64,000 nt of DNA. It comes from Octopus sinensis (lineage: Eukaryota). The first letter of the stretch is position 1; every line of letters begins with the position of its first letter. Below, one piece after another: positions 11,844 to 26,100 of this stretch. The notes beneath the pieces are model-generated. The model saw only the letters and a program-made list of their open reading frames with translations, was not told the origin of the DNA and made no database searches. The DNA is taken from assembly GCF_006345805.1 (NCBI RefSeq), contig NC_042999.1, positions 38,254,001-38,318,000 on the forward strand, written 5' to 3'. The translations under genes were made by a program, and so were the position numbers.

Positions 11844-14800
11844 TATTATTATTATTATTATAATCATAATAATAATAATAATAATCATAATAGTAAAAAA
11901 ATTAATAATAATAATGATTATTATTTTCATTATTATTATACAACTGCTCAGTTGTATAAGTTGGTAAGTTGAGACAAATTCCCACTGCTTCACCTGCTAC
12001 AACTGGGGTGTTTCCAGCATTGTATGTTCTTTTCTTCCAACTAGGTTGTGTGCAAACTTTTGCCGGTACTGTATTATACTAGTTTTTTTTTCTCTTGAGG
12101 TGTTGTGCAGATTTTTGTTATGTTGCTGCTTGTATTGTGTGTCGAGTATCTAATGCATTGATTGTCAAGTTTACTGGTGGAAGATAACCCCAAATTTGTA
12201 AGATAACCTCAAAGGGTTCATTTGGCTGAAAAACAAAACAAAAGTAAAGCTCTTAATTATCAAGACACTGAAAAATATTAAAAAACAGTTAAACTTAACA
12301 TCTTTGTTTTAAACGGTTGCCACTGTTGATTATGGGGGAGTGATGAAGGCATCACACGGTATTACTGTCAATATACTAAAGAAAGAAAAAACACACTGGA
12401 TTGTCAAATATATACTTATACCTGATACTATAGATGTAATTAAAACTTATAACGAAACACCCCCAGTTTACCATAACAGGAATACATTTAGGTGCACAAT
12501 AGTGAATAGACACATTAGCCAAATGGTTAATGATTTGGAGAAACTTTGCTGTCAGAACTTCAGCATTCCCTAGTTTATATCCAACTCAGTGATCAACATT
12601 CGATAATTCTGATGTTATCATGGCCTATGTGAGGTATAATAGCCAAATCTTAAAGTGAAGTTTTCAATTTTGGTTTGCTAATTATCAAGAAGCTGATGCA
12701 AAAGAGGATGGTGCTTAATAAGTTATCAACGTTTTCTTTTCTTAAAGGTCACTGATATCATAAGATTACCGCTGATTGATGCAGGCAAAAGGAAAATAGC
12801 AAGGCAGCATTATTTGAAAAACCAGGAGTTTTTACTGGACACATGCAAATTGGCATTTACATGAATTTTGGTGATATGTTGTCAGATGGGATCTCTCTGG
12901 ACATCCAAGACCCCATTGTCCCACATGATTACAAAACAATTTTACAGTGTAAAACGAGAGAAAAACTTTATCAATGGTCGTTCAGGACACATGGAGTATT
13001 GCCGATATCGTGTGCAACATGTGCTCGAAATTTAGCTTGGTCATCTAGATTTAACATGGATTTATTTGCCTAGATATGACGCATAGGTTTCGGTTATTTT
13101 ACGCATAGCATATGTCAGGTGTGGAAAGCATACAGACAATGGAATAGCGATTCAGTTGACAGAGGTTCACGCCTAAGATCAGCTACAACTGGGGATACGT
13201 TCTTATGACGAGAGTACAAGTGTAGATTTAATGGGATTCATAAAAATATAGAGATAGAAACCTAAATACCAGATTGTAAGCAAAGCTTCATATCAGAGGA
13301 GGAGTCTGTAAAAATTATCACGACCGACGGATTATCTCTGAAAATTCGCTCGAATAATTCTTCAATAGAAAAGGGAAATTTGTGTAATTCGTATATGCTA
13401 TGTACCCTTAACTATGGGGATATAGATATTTTGAAGGCATCTTGCTTTCACTGGGATACGATGGAGTCGTGTCCATATACACAGATGTAGTCAGTCTTAA
13501 CCGGTCGGTGTCATGCTAAAGGCAAAGGAGATGGGGATCAGGCATTCCGATAATTAGAAAAATGATGTAGCTTGCAAGAGAGAAATATAAGAATCATTAT
13601 CAGCATCCCCAGCACCATCAACATCATCAGCATCAATAACATCACCAACATCAATAATATCACGAGGATATTCAGAACTAACACTACTGGCACCAGCAGC
13701 ACCAGCATCACCAGCAAAAAAATGTTACGAATCCCCAGCACTGTCACCACCACCACCACCACCACCACCACCATGATTATGATCATCACCATTGGCAGCA
13801 GCAACAGTGACTTCAGCATCATTAACGTTATTTATTCACGGTGCTCCTACCTTTCGAAATCAGTATGGTACTCTGCGTTACAATACAGCTGTGTATATAA
13901 AACGTTATTTATTTTAGAGATGATATTTTTTGCTACGTATGTGTAGTTTTTATGATGACTATCTTCTGAATTTCCCATATGGAATATTTATATGCTAGTA
14001 CTTCGATTTTCTACTGTGTATCCCTCTTCAAAGGTTCCGAAACTCTTATAATTATAGGATCTGTTTTGGTGATTACATTCGACATCTTAGATGTTTGTAT
14101 TTCTAGGTATTTATGTTGGACAGTAGATAGTTATTCAACGCTTTTTTTCTGAGATGTTATTGTCTGGTGAGCAAGAAACATCAATAACTGTGCAATATGT
14201 ACATATTTTGTATTTTATATAGCAATTGCTGTATCTCTATTTGAATATTACAGATAATCACATCATTCTCAATTCATATTCTGCAACTCTGTATATCGTA
14301 TATGTATAAAACATTTTCCATGCTGCAGTCTCCTCAGTTACGTTTCAACTGCAGCAGAAGTTAGGTGTATGTAGATGCACTTTTGATTACACTACAACAC
14401 GCGGGAGCGTTTCTTTGCACACAAATGACGTAATCGTATGCAATCGGAAATACGGGAAGTTAATAATTCTCTCCACGTCCTCTTGCAATTACATGTTGAC
14501 AAAATCATGATCCGCACTATATATGCTTGATGCTTTTAGTAGTAAACCGACCATACGAACAGTAATTTCATTTGATATGTTGTTTTATCATAAAAGAAAT
14601 ATTGTACTATTTGCACTTGACTAACATTTCACTGCAAAACTAAATATTTGCAAAGATATTTATGTAGCCGGAAACATCAAAACTTAACAAATTTTAAATT
14701 GATATTACTACACAACATGAGTAATACATTCTATATACTCTCTCGATATGTTTTAGAATCGTCACTGATAACTAAATTTTTAGCAATTCCTTGTAAAACA

Positions 14801-15465
14801 GGAAATTATTAAATTATTATCAGCGGGGTATAGTATTGGGGTGAAGAACGTAATTAGTGACTATGCCAACGAATTACAGAAATCAGGCACCATTAAATTT
14901 GGAATAATATCGCCTCTGTTTTGCCCGCTTTTCTTTCTTGCTGTATACAGTTGGTGAATAAATGTCTTTGTGTATACTTATCAGTTTCTCTAATTGTGTA
15001 CTTACTTGTGCAGATTGCTTTCATTTGTTAATAAATATCATTTTGGGAGTTACCAAAAGAAAAGTTTTAATAAACATACGCCACAAAACTTTTCGATCGG
15101 TTTTCAACTCAATCATTTCCACGTGTATTTTACTGAAGTTATTACTTAAAAATATATTTTGTGCATTTCATTCTAAGTGCATTTATTTTTTGAGAGCATA
15201 CTATACATTTTATATATATTTCGACATCTCTTTTCTTAGCGCATTGAATGTAATTTGTTGATAGTTGTCAGAAGATTTGCACATTTTCGGTATTAAGTAT
15301 TCGATGCAAGTGATGAAAATTTTAAAAAGATTATGTTGCTCAGAGTATGAATTATGTCTACGTGTATTGCAAGATTAATCCTATTACAATATCTGCTAAT
15401 TCTTGGAGTAGTATATTAGGTATTCATTATTTTTACGGTTTTGTAGGCCAATTTTATTAAATGTT

Positions 15466-15626
15466 CTGTTGTGTCTGGGGTGAGTCATTTTCTTTTTGTA
15501 CCTTATAATTTAACACACTAATCGGTAAAATTTCCACTTATTTCTTATTTTTATTTTTATTTTTTACTGGTGATAGTGTTAAATTATATGGCACAAAAAG
15601 AAAATGACTTTCCCCAGACACAACAG
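15466..15626. repeat. Foldback element, ~50-bp imperfect inverted arms
   Basis: 15466-15516 (CTGTTGTGTCTGGGG..ATAATTTAACAC) pairs with 15576-15626. Confidence 0.8.
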
Positions 15627-16489
15627 GATAAGCTTCTACACACGAACTCTTACAAATAATCTTGTAAACCAAATCCCAAAACGAAATTTATTAAATGTGT
15701 TTCACTTAATTTCAGAATAAGTTATTTTGCTTGTCTTATTCGAATATTCTTCCGATACGATTTAAAATGCAATATTCGGTTTCCATTTCTCGGATATCTA
15801 TTTTCCCCTTGTCAGTATGCATTGTATAAAATAGCGCTTGGGTTCCTAATCTCTGTTTTGCAATTCGGTTTGTATCTCTTCTATTATTTTTTATCTTTCC
15901 ACTTCCAGTTAAATTTCTCTTGTTAATATAAGTGTTCGAAAATGACTCTCACTCACATTTTTGTGCTACCTGTAATTTCAATATGAGAAATTTTTACTGT
16001 TTGCTTGTTTGGACAATATTTGTATGTTGCTGTCTCCACACAACTTCAATTAAAGATTATTTTGAAATATTTCCCAATCACAAATATTTAATATTCATGC
16101 AAAACTTCTCATGTTGCCATTTTTTGAAGGTGTACCCAAAGAATTACAACAAAATTGACATTCGTATATCGAAGGTAACAAACATCACAGATCTCATTGG
16201 TTGATAATGATCTGCAAAATATCGTGATAGGTCTCTTGCTTCCATTATATATCTAACGTAAAATGTATTATCTCTATAATTTATAATTCCCGTTCGGTAA
16301 AAATGCATTGGGGATGTGTATCTATTAATTTGGAAACGTTAGAAATATCAAAGTATATTCATTTACTACTGAATATTGTCACTGATTTCGCGCTTGGCTT
16401 GGATATCGATTATATATTTGTGTTTGGTAATTTTCGTATTTGAAATTTTAAAATTATTCGTTTTATGAAACTTTATATAAGTGTGTATG

Positions 16490-16521
<32 letters not shown>

Positions 16522-17164
16522 TGAATGTATGTATGTGTGTATGTATGTATGTATGTATGTATGTATTTTGTATGTATGTATGTATATATATATATATGTA
16601 TGTATGTATGTACATATATGTTTATATATATGTGTGTGTGTGTATATATATATATTACATTTAGCTTTCTTCATTTCCAACTACATTTTGGGGGTGGGGT
16701 GGGGGAGGTGCTCGACCATGTTTAGTCTAATAGACAAATTGTTTCTCTTCAAAAACCTCGATGCCAAAGATACTGAGAAATACGGAACCGTGAAACATGA
16801 TATTATATAAGTAAAGGAAATTTATATAAATTTCATAATTTATGTCTTGTGCGCTAGAAAAGTTCCAAATAGTTGACGTACCACTATTTCTTTCTCTGCT
16901 GACGAAAAGCAACTGGATAATCATGAGTAAACAAACAATAAATAGTAATATGATTTACTGATATCACTGTAAATCATGATTTTCCAACTATATATTTAGA
17001 TTAAATAATGATGAGCAAATATATACAGTATATATTTGGAGAAATTCTACATAGCATACAGGACATAATCTTATAATCATTCATGTACTTCGTGGTGAGA
17101 TAATTACTTGGGAGACGAAAATCATTTTGAATTAATATATATTCTTTTTGTTTATGCACCCTAT

Positions 17165-17446
17165 TCAGGCTCAATGGCCCGGTTTCCAAGTTTCTATGGC
17201 GTATGTGTTCCTCCTAGCTGGACGGGACGCCAGTCCATCGCAGCGTTACCCAAGAAACAGAAAGAAAGAGTGAGAGAAAGTTGGGGTGAAAGAGTACAAC
17301 AGGGGTCGCCACCACCCCCTGCCGGAGCTTCGTGGAGCTTTAGGTGTTTTCGATCAATAAACACACACACCGCCCGGTCTGGGAATCGAAACCGCGATCC
17401 TACGACTGTGAGTCCGCTGTCCTAGCCACTGGGCCATTGCGCCTCC
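17165..17446 (-). mobile_element. tRNA-derived SINE (OK-like family)
   Basis: Minus-strand head GGAGGCGCAATGGCCCAGTGG..GGTTTCGATTCC; close copy at 44283-44572. Confidence 0.85.
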
Positions 17447-18149
17447 GCAGATGATTTCATTAACTTTATTTCGTTAGGGACTTTAAAATATTTGGCATAT
17501 CAGCACGACAGTGTAGCATCGTCGGAGAGAAAAAAATCTCTACAGGCACGGGGATACCTCTACGATGGGCTCTTCGAGTGCTCAAAGGGTAACAACTCCA
17601 ATGTGCAGTTGCATATTGCTAGTCAATGTTGAATATCCACTCTAGCGTTGTTTTGAGTGTGGTGGCTATGTTAAAAGTGTCTCTGCAATAAACAAAACTG
17701 AAGCGTTTTAAGACTCATTATTACTTCCGTCTTTGATCAAAAACACGTCAACTGACTGATGCTTCACTTGAAGAAGAAAGGAAGTTTTGAGCGAGAGAGA
17801 GGGAAGTGCCGTATCCCAACAGATTTGCTGAAAGGGGGATGAGAATGGCGCATAGTGCACGAGAACAGGTCTGTTCTGAGCGTACTTCCCTAAAAATGTC
17901 ACCTGCGAACGTATTTAGATGACCCCACAAATTTGCAAAACTTTTAAAACCATTTTTTCGTTCTTTTCGCTATTCCAGTTTTTACAGTTTTTAAACGAAA
18001 TCCCAACACATTATCACCATGTGCTGATCGCGATATTTTTGTCAACTCCTGTGATCAATAAACTAAGCTTTATTGCAGTAGTGGAGAGTAGTAGTAGTGG
18101 TGTTGTTAGCAATAATAGTAGCAGTAGTAGTTCTTGTTATTGTTGCTAC

Positions 18150-18188
<39 letters not shown>

Positions 18189-19057
18189 TATTATATAGAA
18201 TTGAGTATATCGAAGATATATGGCTTGTATTCTAAAAAAAAAGCTGTCTTTATAAAGTGTAGTGCATTGTGTCGAGTTATACAGTGGTGAACATTAGCAA
18301 TAGCAATGGAAAAACGTTGTCGATATTCTGCCTGTGGTAATGAAGTTTCTTTCGTTAGTTAGATACTGAATTCACAGCACATGAATCTGAATCCATTACA
18401 ACCATGATGGATACGAACACCAGTAGCTGTAGCAATAGCACTAACAATGACAATACTATCTGAAAAGGACAAAGTTAGTAGCTGAAGGGAACCTTTCACT
18501 CAATTCAAATGTGATCCATACATGCGTTTATAAATCGAAATGTTCTGGCATCATTCCATCATAGAATCTATTTCTAATTCATGAAGCAAGTATTGTCATA
18601 TATCTCTGTCAAAATTATTCCATCTGAACGGAATTCTAACCTTTGAATTAAAAACAGAAAACGTATGGTACTTGCGAACAAAGATCAACTGTGAAGCGAG
18701 GAGATGGTTTAACGCAAATTTAGAGTGATGGACACCGATCACGAAAATTTGGTGTTGAGACAAATTTGTGAAATGTAGGATCGATTTAAAATTGTTTGAG
18801 TGAAAGACCTTATTGTTCAGTTAAACGAAAAGCATTCGTAAAATAACAGAGTTCAGAAAGAAGGAGATAATTGATAATTATATTTAAGCATGCAACATTG
18901 ATAAGACCGGCGGATCAGGACATATCTGGCTGCAGTAAAATTAACCATACCTTTCGTTCAAAAGGCCTGATCGAATGGCAATTTCAAAGCAAGTGTTATC
19001 ATCAGGGCTGATGCAACTTATTATAGAATCGAGTATGTAGCATAATAAATGTATGTG

Positions 19058-19596
19058 TATTTCTTTACTACCCACAAGGGGCTAAACGCAGAGAGGACAA
19101 TCAAGGACAGACAAACGGATTAAGTCAATTATATCGACCCCAGTGTGTAACTGGTACTTATTTAATCGAATCCGAAAGGATAAAAGGCAAAGTCGACCTC
19201 GGCGGAATTTGAACTCAGAACGTAGCGGCAGACGAAATACATATTTCTTTACTACCCACAAGGGGCTAAACACAGAGAGGACAATCAAGGACAGACAAAC
19301 GGATTAAGTCGATTATATCGACCCCAGTGCGTAACTGGTACTTGTTTAATCGACCACGTAGCGGCAGACGAAATACATATTCCTTTACTACCCACAAGGG
19401 GCTAAACACAGAGGGGACAAACGGATTAAGTCAATTATATCGCCCCCAGTGCGTAACTGGTACTTATTTAATCGAATCCGAAAGGATGAAAGGCAAAGTC
19501 GACCTCGGCGGAATTTGAACTCAGAACGTAGCGGCAGACGAAATACCACTAAGCATTTCGCCCGGCGTGCTAACGTTTCTGCCAGCTCGCCGCCTT
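19058..19596 (-). mobile_element. SINE head-to-tail trimer
   Basis: One head (19546-19596) followed by three ~180-bp units, partly deleted; junctions at 19240/1 and 19376/7. Confidence 0.9.
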
Positions 19597-20003
19597 AACA
19601 CACTAAATGTATGTGGTCTCTTTACAATCACAAACCAAATTTCTGTGTAGATTGATTTTGCATTTTATCCAGGTTTATATTGACGCCATATCACTTAAAT
19701 TAAATATATGCCTCTGAAAGATTTAGAGCTATCGCACATCAATTGTAGTCTTATAAAGACTAAACTTCGTAAGAATTAAAACTGCAAAGAATGAAAACGC
19801 AGACGAAACGTTCGACGAGTTAAACATTTGGTGTCCTGCGTAAAACCAAATTAGCTGGTAAACAATAGTTGTTTACGTATGTGTTGCGTTCTAGTCGCTG
19901 AAATTGAGAAAATTGTATATAACTCACCGTGCATATATTTGCGCGTGATTATGTGTAATGTCTATATGAATGAGTGAAACGATTATTCTTTTCTGTTCAA
20001 GTC

Positions 20004-20721
20004 ACAAGACCCGAAATTTTGGGGGAGGTGACCGGTCGCTTAGATCGACCTAGTACGCAACCGGTATTTTAATTTATCGACCACGAAAGGATGAAATGCA
20101 TAGTCGACCTGGGTGGAATTTGAACTCAGAACGTAAATTCAGAAGAAATGCCTATTTCTTTACTGCCCACAAGGAGCTACACACAGAGGGGACAAACATC
20201 GACCCCAGTGCGTAAATGGTACTTAGTTGATCGACCCCGAAAGGATGAAAGGCAAAGTCGACGTCGGCGGAATTTGAACTCAGAACGTAGTGGCAGACGA
20301 AATACCTATTTCTTTACTACTCACAAGGGGCTATACACAGAGGGGACAAACAAGGACAGACAAACGGATTAAGTCGATTACATCGACCCCAGTGCGTAAC
20401 TGGGACTTAATTTATCGACCCCGAAAGGATGACAGGCAAATTCGACCTCGACGGAATTTGAACTCAGAATGTAACAGCAGATGAAATATCTATTTCTTTA
20501 TTACGCCCAAGAGGCTAAGCACAAAGAGGATAAACGAGGACAGACAAACGGATTAAGTCGATTATATCGCCCCAGTGCGTAACTGGTACTTATTTAATCG
20601 ACCCCGAAAGGATGAAAGGCAAAGTCACTTCGGCGAAATTTGCACTTAGAACGTAACGGCAGACGAAATATGGCTACGCATTTCGCCCGTCATGCTAACG
20701 TTTCTGCCAGCTCACCGCCTT
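20004..20721 (-). mobile_element. SINE head-to-tail tetramer
   Basis: One head plus four units; junctions at 20151/2, 20305/6, 20489/90. The distal unit has a different tail. Confidence 0.9.
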
Positions 20722-21173
20722 TTGCGTGAAACGAATATTAAGAAGACAATGTACATTTTGAGAATATTCAGTTAATTGTGAAAATATATTTAGATAAAAA
20801 AAAAATTATATCACCTATGACAGAACATTTACATAGCTTTAAAATTGTTATATTTAAGGTATTTCCATTTTCCCAATTATCTATAACAGATTAAGTTAAT
20901 TATTACCAGAATTCTTTTCGCTGAATTACTTTTCATTTGATTGAAACAAATGCTTAACTAAAATACATTACTGGTCCATTAATGAGAATCAGTCTATGAG
21001 GCTATGCAAAATATATGGTTTGAAATGTACAGCTCTGCAACAATTAAGGACTAAAAAATTTTGAGTCAGATTTTATTAACTTGGAAAAAAAAGAAAAAGC
21101 AGGGAGAATTCAACACTAAACGAACTCTCTATAAAAGCTTCGAACTTGGATAGGGATGAGTAACGCCAGGCTT

Positions 21174-21502
21174 TTTTAAAAGACTCCGCCGGTTACGACG
21201 ACGAGGGTCCCAGCTGATACGATCAACGGAACAGCTTGCTCGTGAAATTAACGTGCAAATGGCTGAGCATTCCACAGACACGTGTACCCTTAACGTAGTT
21301 CTCGGGGAAAATCAGCGTGACACAGAGAGTGACAAGGCTGACCCTTTGAAATACAAGTACAACTCATTTTTGCCAGCTGAGTGGACTGGAGCAGCGTGAA
21401 ATAAAGTGTCTTGCTCAAGGACACAACGCGTCGCCGGGAATCGAACTCACAACCTTACGATCATGAGCCGAATGCCCTAACCACTAAGCCACGCGCCCTC
21501 AC
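21174..21502 (-). mobile_element. Young full-length SINE with 12-bp TSD
   Basis: AACGCCAGGCTT at 21162-21173 and 21503-21514; near-identical to 183-507. Confidence 0.92.
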
Positions 21503-21727
21503 AACGCCAGGCTTAACGTTACGATGATTTATTAATATAGACAGCTTAAAGAATGCGCTTTCTGTTCACATCTGTGTATCGAATCTCTTTAAGGTCTACA
21601 AATGGTATGCTTATACATGTAAAGTCGCGGTGTTGAAAACTAACTGGAACGCTTTGTCGCTCATGAAACATTAACAAGAGCGAGAAATATTTTTGCGAAC
21701 CCCATAAGTTCAATCCTCGTAACTTAA

Positions 21728-22575
21728 CGAGCGCTACCCAAAAGTAACTCGAAATATTCTCTGTTGGGCAATCCCTTTGTAGTACAGGCATACGCCGCTA
21801 GAACCCACTTGATGCGACCCTCAGACATCAGTCTGCCGACGTACTTTGCCGCCTGTGGTCCCACTGCCACGTGGTGCGCCTTTGTTTTGCAGTGTATCTC
21901 TCCTTTTCGTCGAGTTTTGTGAAGGACAAAACGAAGAAACAGCGTGCTCCGTGAAATTCTGTTTTCTGCTAGGAAACGGCGGCCTCAACAGTTGCCATGC
22001 TTCAAACCACTTACAAGGACGTTCCTATGAGCAAAGTACAAGTTTTAGGAATGGACACTTGTCACTTGAAGACAAAACTCATCCATGACGATAGTGGCCC
22101 ACTCGGACGAATGAAAACATCATAAAAACTTACGAACTGAACTTGGAGAGCCGTCACTGAACAACTGAGGAACTTGTTGGTTGTTGTGTCCTGGGGATCC
22201 TTCTAACGAATTTTGAGGGAGGAATTACGAATGAAATGAACTGCAGCAAAATTTGTACCTCGCTTGCTCAAGGAAAAACAGTCACGACTGGAACAGTGGA
22301 AAGTTGTTTCTGACCTTTTTTCGAAGGTCATCATGGGAGACGAAAGCTGATACTACAGAATACGCAGATGTGGAGGAAGTGAAGAAAAAAAATACGACTG
22401 AGGCGTTAAAAGGCCTTCGCAGAAGGCGCGGGACTGCTTGGAATATTGGAAAACACTTGGACACAGGTACTGCTTCAAATGGAGAACATTTTGAAGGCGA
22501 TAAAAGTGTAAATATGTAGAATTAAGTGAATGAAATAATATTGCAAAATTCCGGTTTCTTTTGGGTATCCCCTCG
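21728..22575 (+). mobile_element. Internally deleted mariner element
   Basis: Degenerate frames give VKFCFLLG, RNGHLSLEDK, AAKFVPRLL, SKVIMGDES* and ASNGEHFEGD. 3' TIR ends GGGTATCCCCTCG+TA, with a diverged 5' counterpart at 21728. Confidence 0.85.
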
Positions 22576-22645
22576 TACACACAAACACATACACGCACAC
22601 ACACACACACAAATATATATATACATAAATATATGCGCGTGCGTG

Positions 22646-22715
<70 letters not shown>

Positions 22716-24163
22716 TACATACTTATTTAATAGCAGTTTGACTCAACTCCGCATATATACATGTATATATGTTTGTATGTTTGTGTGTGTATTTATGCGT
22801 GTGATTGTGTGCCTGTGTATTGGCAAAATTGTGCAACATTTTCCCCCAAAAAACGTTATTATCAAAGCTTTCAAAGCTATATGATTTTGGAGTGAATTAT
22901 CAGGAGCATTTTTCTTAACTTTTTAAACTTCATTATAATGATACTCTGATGCTGCTGCTGCTGCTGATAACAGCTAGATACTCGTAGCTTCTGAGACACT
23001 GGTTTCATATTGACTATAACACAATTACAACATATCTGACGAGCTGCAAATGATCGACCTACGTGTCTCCACTAGTTATCTTACCAGCTGCCAAAGCCCA
23101 TAATCTATCTAAGTAAAACGTTAATTATTGGAAAATTTAACAACTACAGTGTTCCGATTTATATAAAAGCATTGGGGGTAATAAACTGATTAGCACCAGA
23201 ATCGGGTATATTTTAATTAAAAAAAAAAAAATAAATAAGCTATAATATAAACAATATCAATATATTCACTATTCAAGTATTAACTGCACGGAAGAAATTA
23301 AATCTTTACCAGCTTAGTTTTCTGCAATCAATACTGTAGCAATCAGCAAGATTGAAGTAGTTTGATGGTGTGCCAACACAACAGCACTTTAATCATTGTC
23401 AACACAATATAACACAATAGTAATAAAACCGCTTTAAATACTGTGGCAATTTTTGGCAAGTGTTTCTAGAGTAAAGTTATGTACACGTCAAGACGAGCCT
23501 ACTTCGCAGTTTCTGTTTTCAACGTAGCCATTTCATTAGAGAGGAAAAAGAAAATATGCAAATCAGTCAATCACGTTTTCTCTCCCCCATAAATTTAAGG
23601 CTTTGCTCATGTTAATCAAATCAGAAGCAATTTACCTGACGTAAACGCAGAGCATAAAATATTATCCAGAGATTAGCAAGTTAACGATACCTAACATACA
23701 CATCAATCAGTAACAGAAACACACACACACACATAACTGTAGCTATAGTCAACACAGAAATATCAGAATTATTACTGAAACATAACACTTGCATCAGACA
23801 TTTCATACCTTTCACGTGCAATATCTTCATAATCTGTCAAATTTGTTTTCAATCTACGCTGTCTAAGTACGGAGAAAATTAAGCCGAGCGAGGAATTAAC
23901 AAATGTTATTGCCTGAAGTGTGGCAGAATGAATTAACAAAAAGTTAACTCAATTACCAGGACTGTGTAAGTATTGATTTCACTCGTCAACACACGTTTAA
24001 CGGATTTAATTGACATCAGTAGCTGGGCAGAAGTTATCAAGAACTTGGATGGATTAAATAAAGTGAAATCCTTATTACCACTGCTAAATAAGATTAATTA
24101 TTGGAATTTGCTAGGTGCTAAGAGACCGTTAACTGTTAAAATGATCATAATAATATTAGTATT

Positions 24164-24466
24164 ATTATATTTCGGAATGGTCATTTTGCCAGTTTAGCCA
24201 ATAACACACGCACTATATATTTGGTGCTACTTTGCTTCAGTGTTATTTATTTTTTACATTAATCTTAATCTTATTTCGGCCAGAGTTCTTTCGTCACACT
24301 CCTGTGACCGCATCAGTGGTCCTTTGTTTTCTTCTTTCTTATTTGTGTCTCCCCTTACTAACCGTGTGTTATTGGCTAAACTGGCAAAATGACCATTCCG
24401 AAATATAATAATATGTTTCAACACACGACTTCACATAAAAAATCTTGCACAACAAATATATAAACG
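24164..24466. mobile_element. PLE-like insertion with 5' inversion and 16-bp TSD
   Basis: Perfect 50-bp inverted repeat 24161-24210 / 24363-24412; TAATAATATTAGTATT at 24148-24163 and 24467-24482. Same family as 6887-7152. Confidence 0.8.
24278..24322 (-). ncRNA. Hammerhead-like motif, atypical core CUGAUGCG (second copy)
   Basis: Same fold as 7065-7109; the one difference within the motif is in the stem II loop (ggag vs gggg). Confidence 0.4.
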
Positions 24467-25567
24467 TAATAATATTAGTATTTTTAAATTTCGGCAGAAG
24501 GCCGAGGAGGGGTACATCAACGTCAGCAATTGACTGGTAATTTACTTTATCGAACGCGAAAGGGAGAAGTAAGCAAAGTGACCATTGTGGAATTTGAACT
24601 CCAGACGTAAAGAGACAAGAGCAATGCTGCTAAAATTTTAGGGCAAGGACCGCAAGTTCGGGGAGAGTGTAAGTGTAATATCGTCAATATAATTATATTG
24701 ACGATAATGTCCAATTGGCGCTTAGCTTATCTACACCAAAAGGATGGAATATAAATTCGACCTCGGTAGAATAACGTTAGAATATAATATCAATATTTGC
24801 TTGTAGTGTACACACATGGCTTGAATATACATTCTGTTTTACTTTATGGTATTAGTTGACTAAAATGGTCACAGTACTAGAGTAGCGCCTAATTTTAATA
24901 ATCCAGAGCAAATGAAAGACAAAGCTTACCTCGTCTGCATTTGACCACAAAATGTAAACAACCATGACGTAGATTAAACATCAGTGACATCAAATTTGCT
25001 TTTCATCCTTCCAGAATCTAAACAAAAAAGTACTAGTCAAGTACTGAATTCATTTTCATAATTTGACCCCCACCTAATATTCCAAACTCTGAGTGTTTTT
25101 GAAAGAAGCAACTAATAATAGCAATAAATTAAATATTAGTCAGTAGCCTCTTCTTTAACATTATAGTTTCTCTCTACAAAACTTTTAGGTGAACTTGGAT
25201 GTATCAGGTATACAATTAGCTACTTGAGAGAAACAAATTTCGTAATTATTGTAAGAACATCAAATGAAACATCATATTTGAGGGACAGAGCTTAAGGCGC
25301 ATTACTGGGTTCCACATTGACTTCAAGCTAAAATGCGTATGCATAGAAACAACAAAAGTGTCTCTGATGCGGATGCAGTATTCAATTTGATGTCCTAGTC
25401 GAGCTTTCTGGAGTAAGGTAACTTGTTCGTTGGAACACAGACTTTTTTATGCAAATATACATCTACCTGCCTGTCTACCTACCTACCTACCTACCTACCT
25501 ACCTACCTACCTGCCTGTCAACCTTACTTATCTACATACCTACTTACCTACCTACCTACCTGCCTCC

Positions 25568-25640
<73 letters not shown>

Positions 25641-26100
25641 GACCTATCTATCGACCTATCTATCGACATATCTGTACACATATATATGAAGAGTAACTGA
25701 AAATAATCGAGTACCAGCTGCGTTTTTGAAGTAAATCATTTTCAGCAAACATTGCGGTTTTCATACTCATGTAATACATAACTACTGAGTCTGATTACAA
25801 TATTCATTTGAATTGCAAATGCACCGGTTGTGTGAAGAGTTTCGTGCGTCAAACACTGAGTACGTTTATACTATTCATTCATCAAGCTTCTCAATGTTGC
25901 TAGTCTTTAGAAAATCACGTAGTGAACATGTTCTGAAAGGATCCTTTGTTATGGGATCTCGGAATAATTATTCAAGGCGATGGAGAATACGAATTCTGAA
26001 CGACTTCTCTATCAACGTGGAAGGAAATGTGATATATCAGTAGGCTATATGTAACCAGTATGCTCACAAGTCCAATATTTTATATGTTTAAGCGGACAAT

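Noticed and set aside
11960-12230. Possible R4-like RT fragment next to (AAT)n
   Set aside because: No convincing motif in any frame that I read.
12843-13073. 76-aa non-repetitive ORF
   Set aside because: No recognisable domain, no clear splice context, length within chance expectation.
16769-16804. Hammerhead-like CTGAGAA..ACGG/CCGT..GAAACATGA
   Set aside because: Core G8 and the UH cleavage site are both wrong; too many deviations.
17560-17920. Long frame with stops (..TRQLTDASLEEERKF*AREREVPYPNRFAERG..)
   Set aside because: Could be a decayed gene or transposase, but I cannot assign a family.
19058-20721. CRISPR-like or satellite array
   Set aside because: Units are ~180-bp SINE bodies with no unique spacers, in a eukaryotic context.
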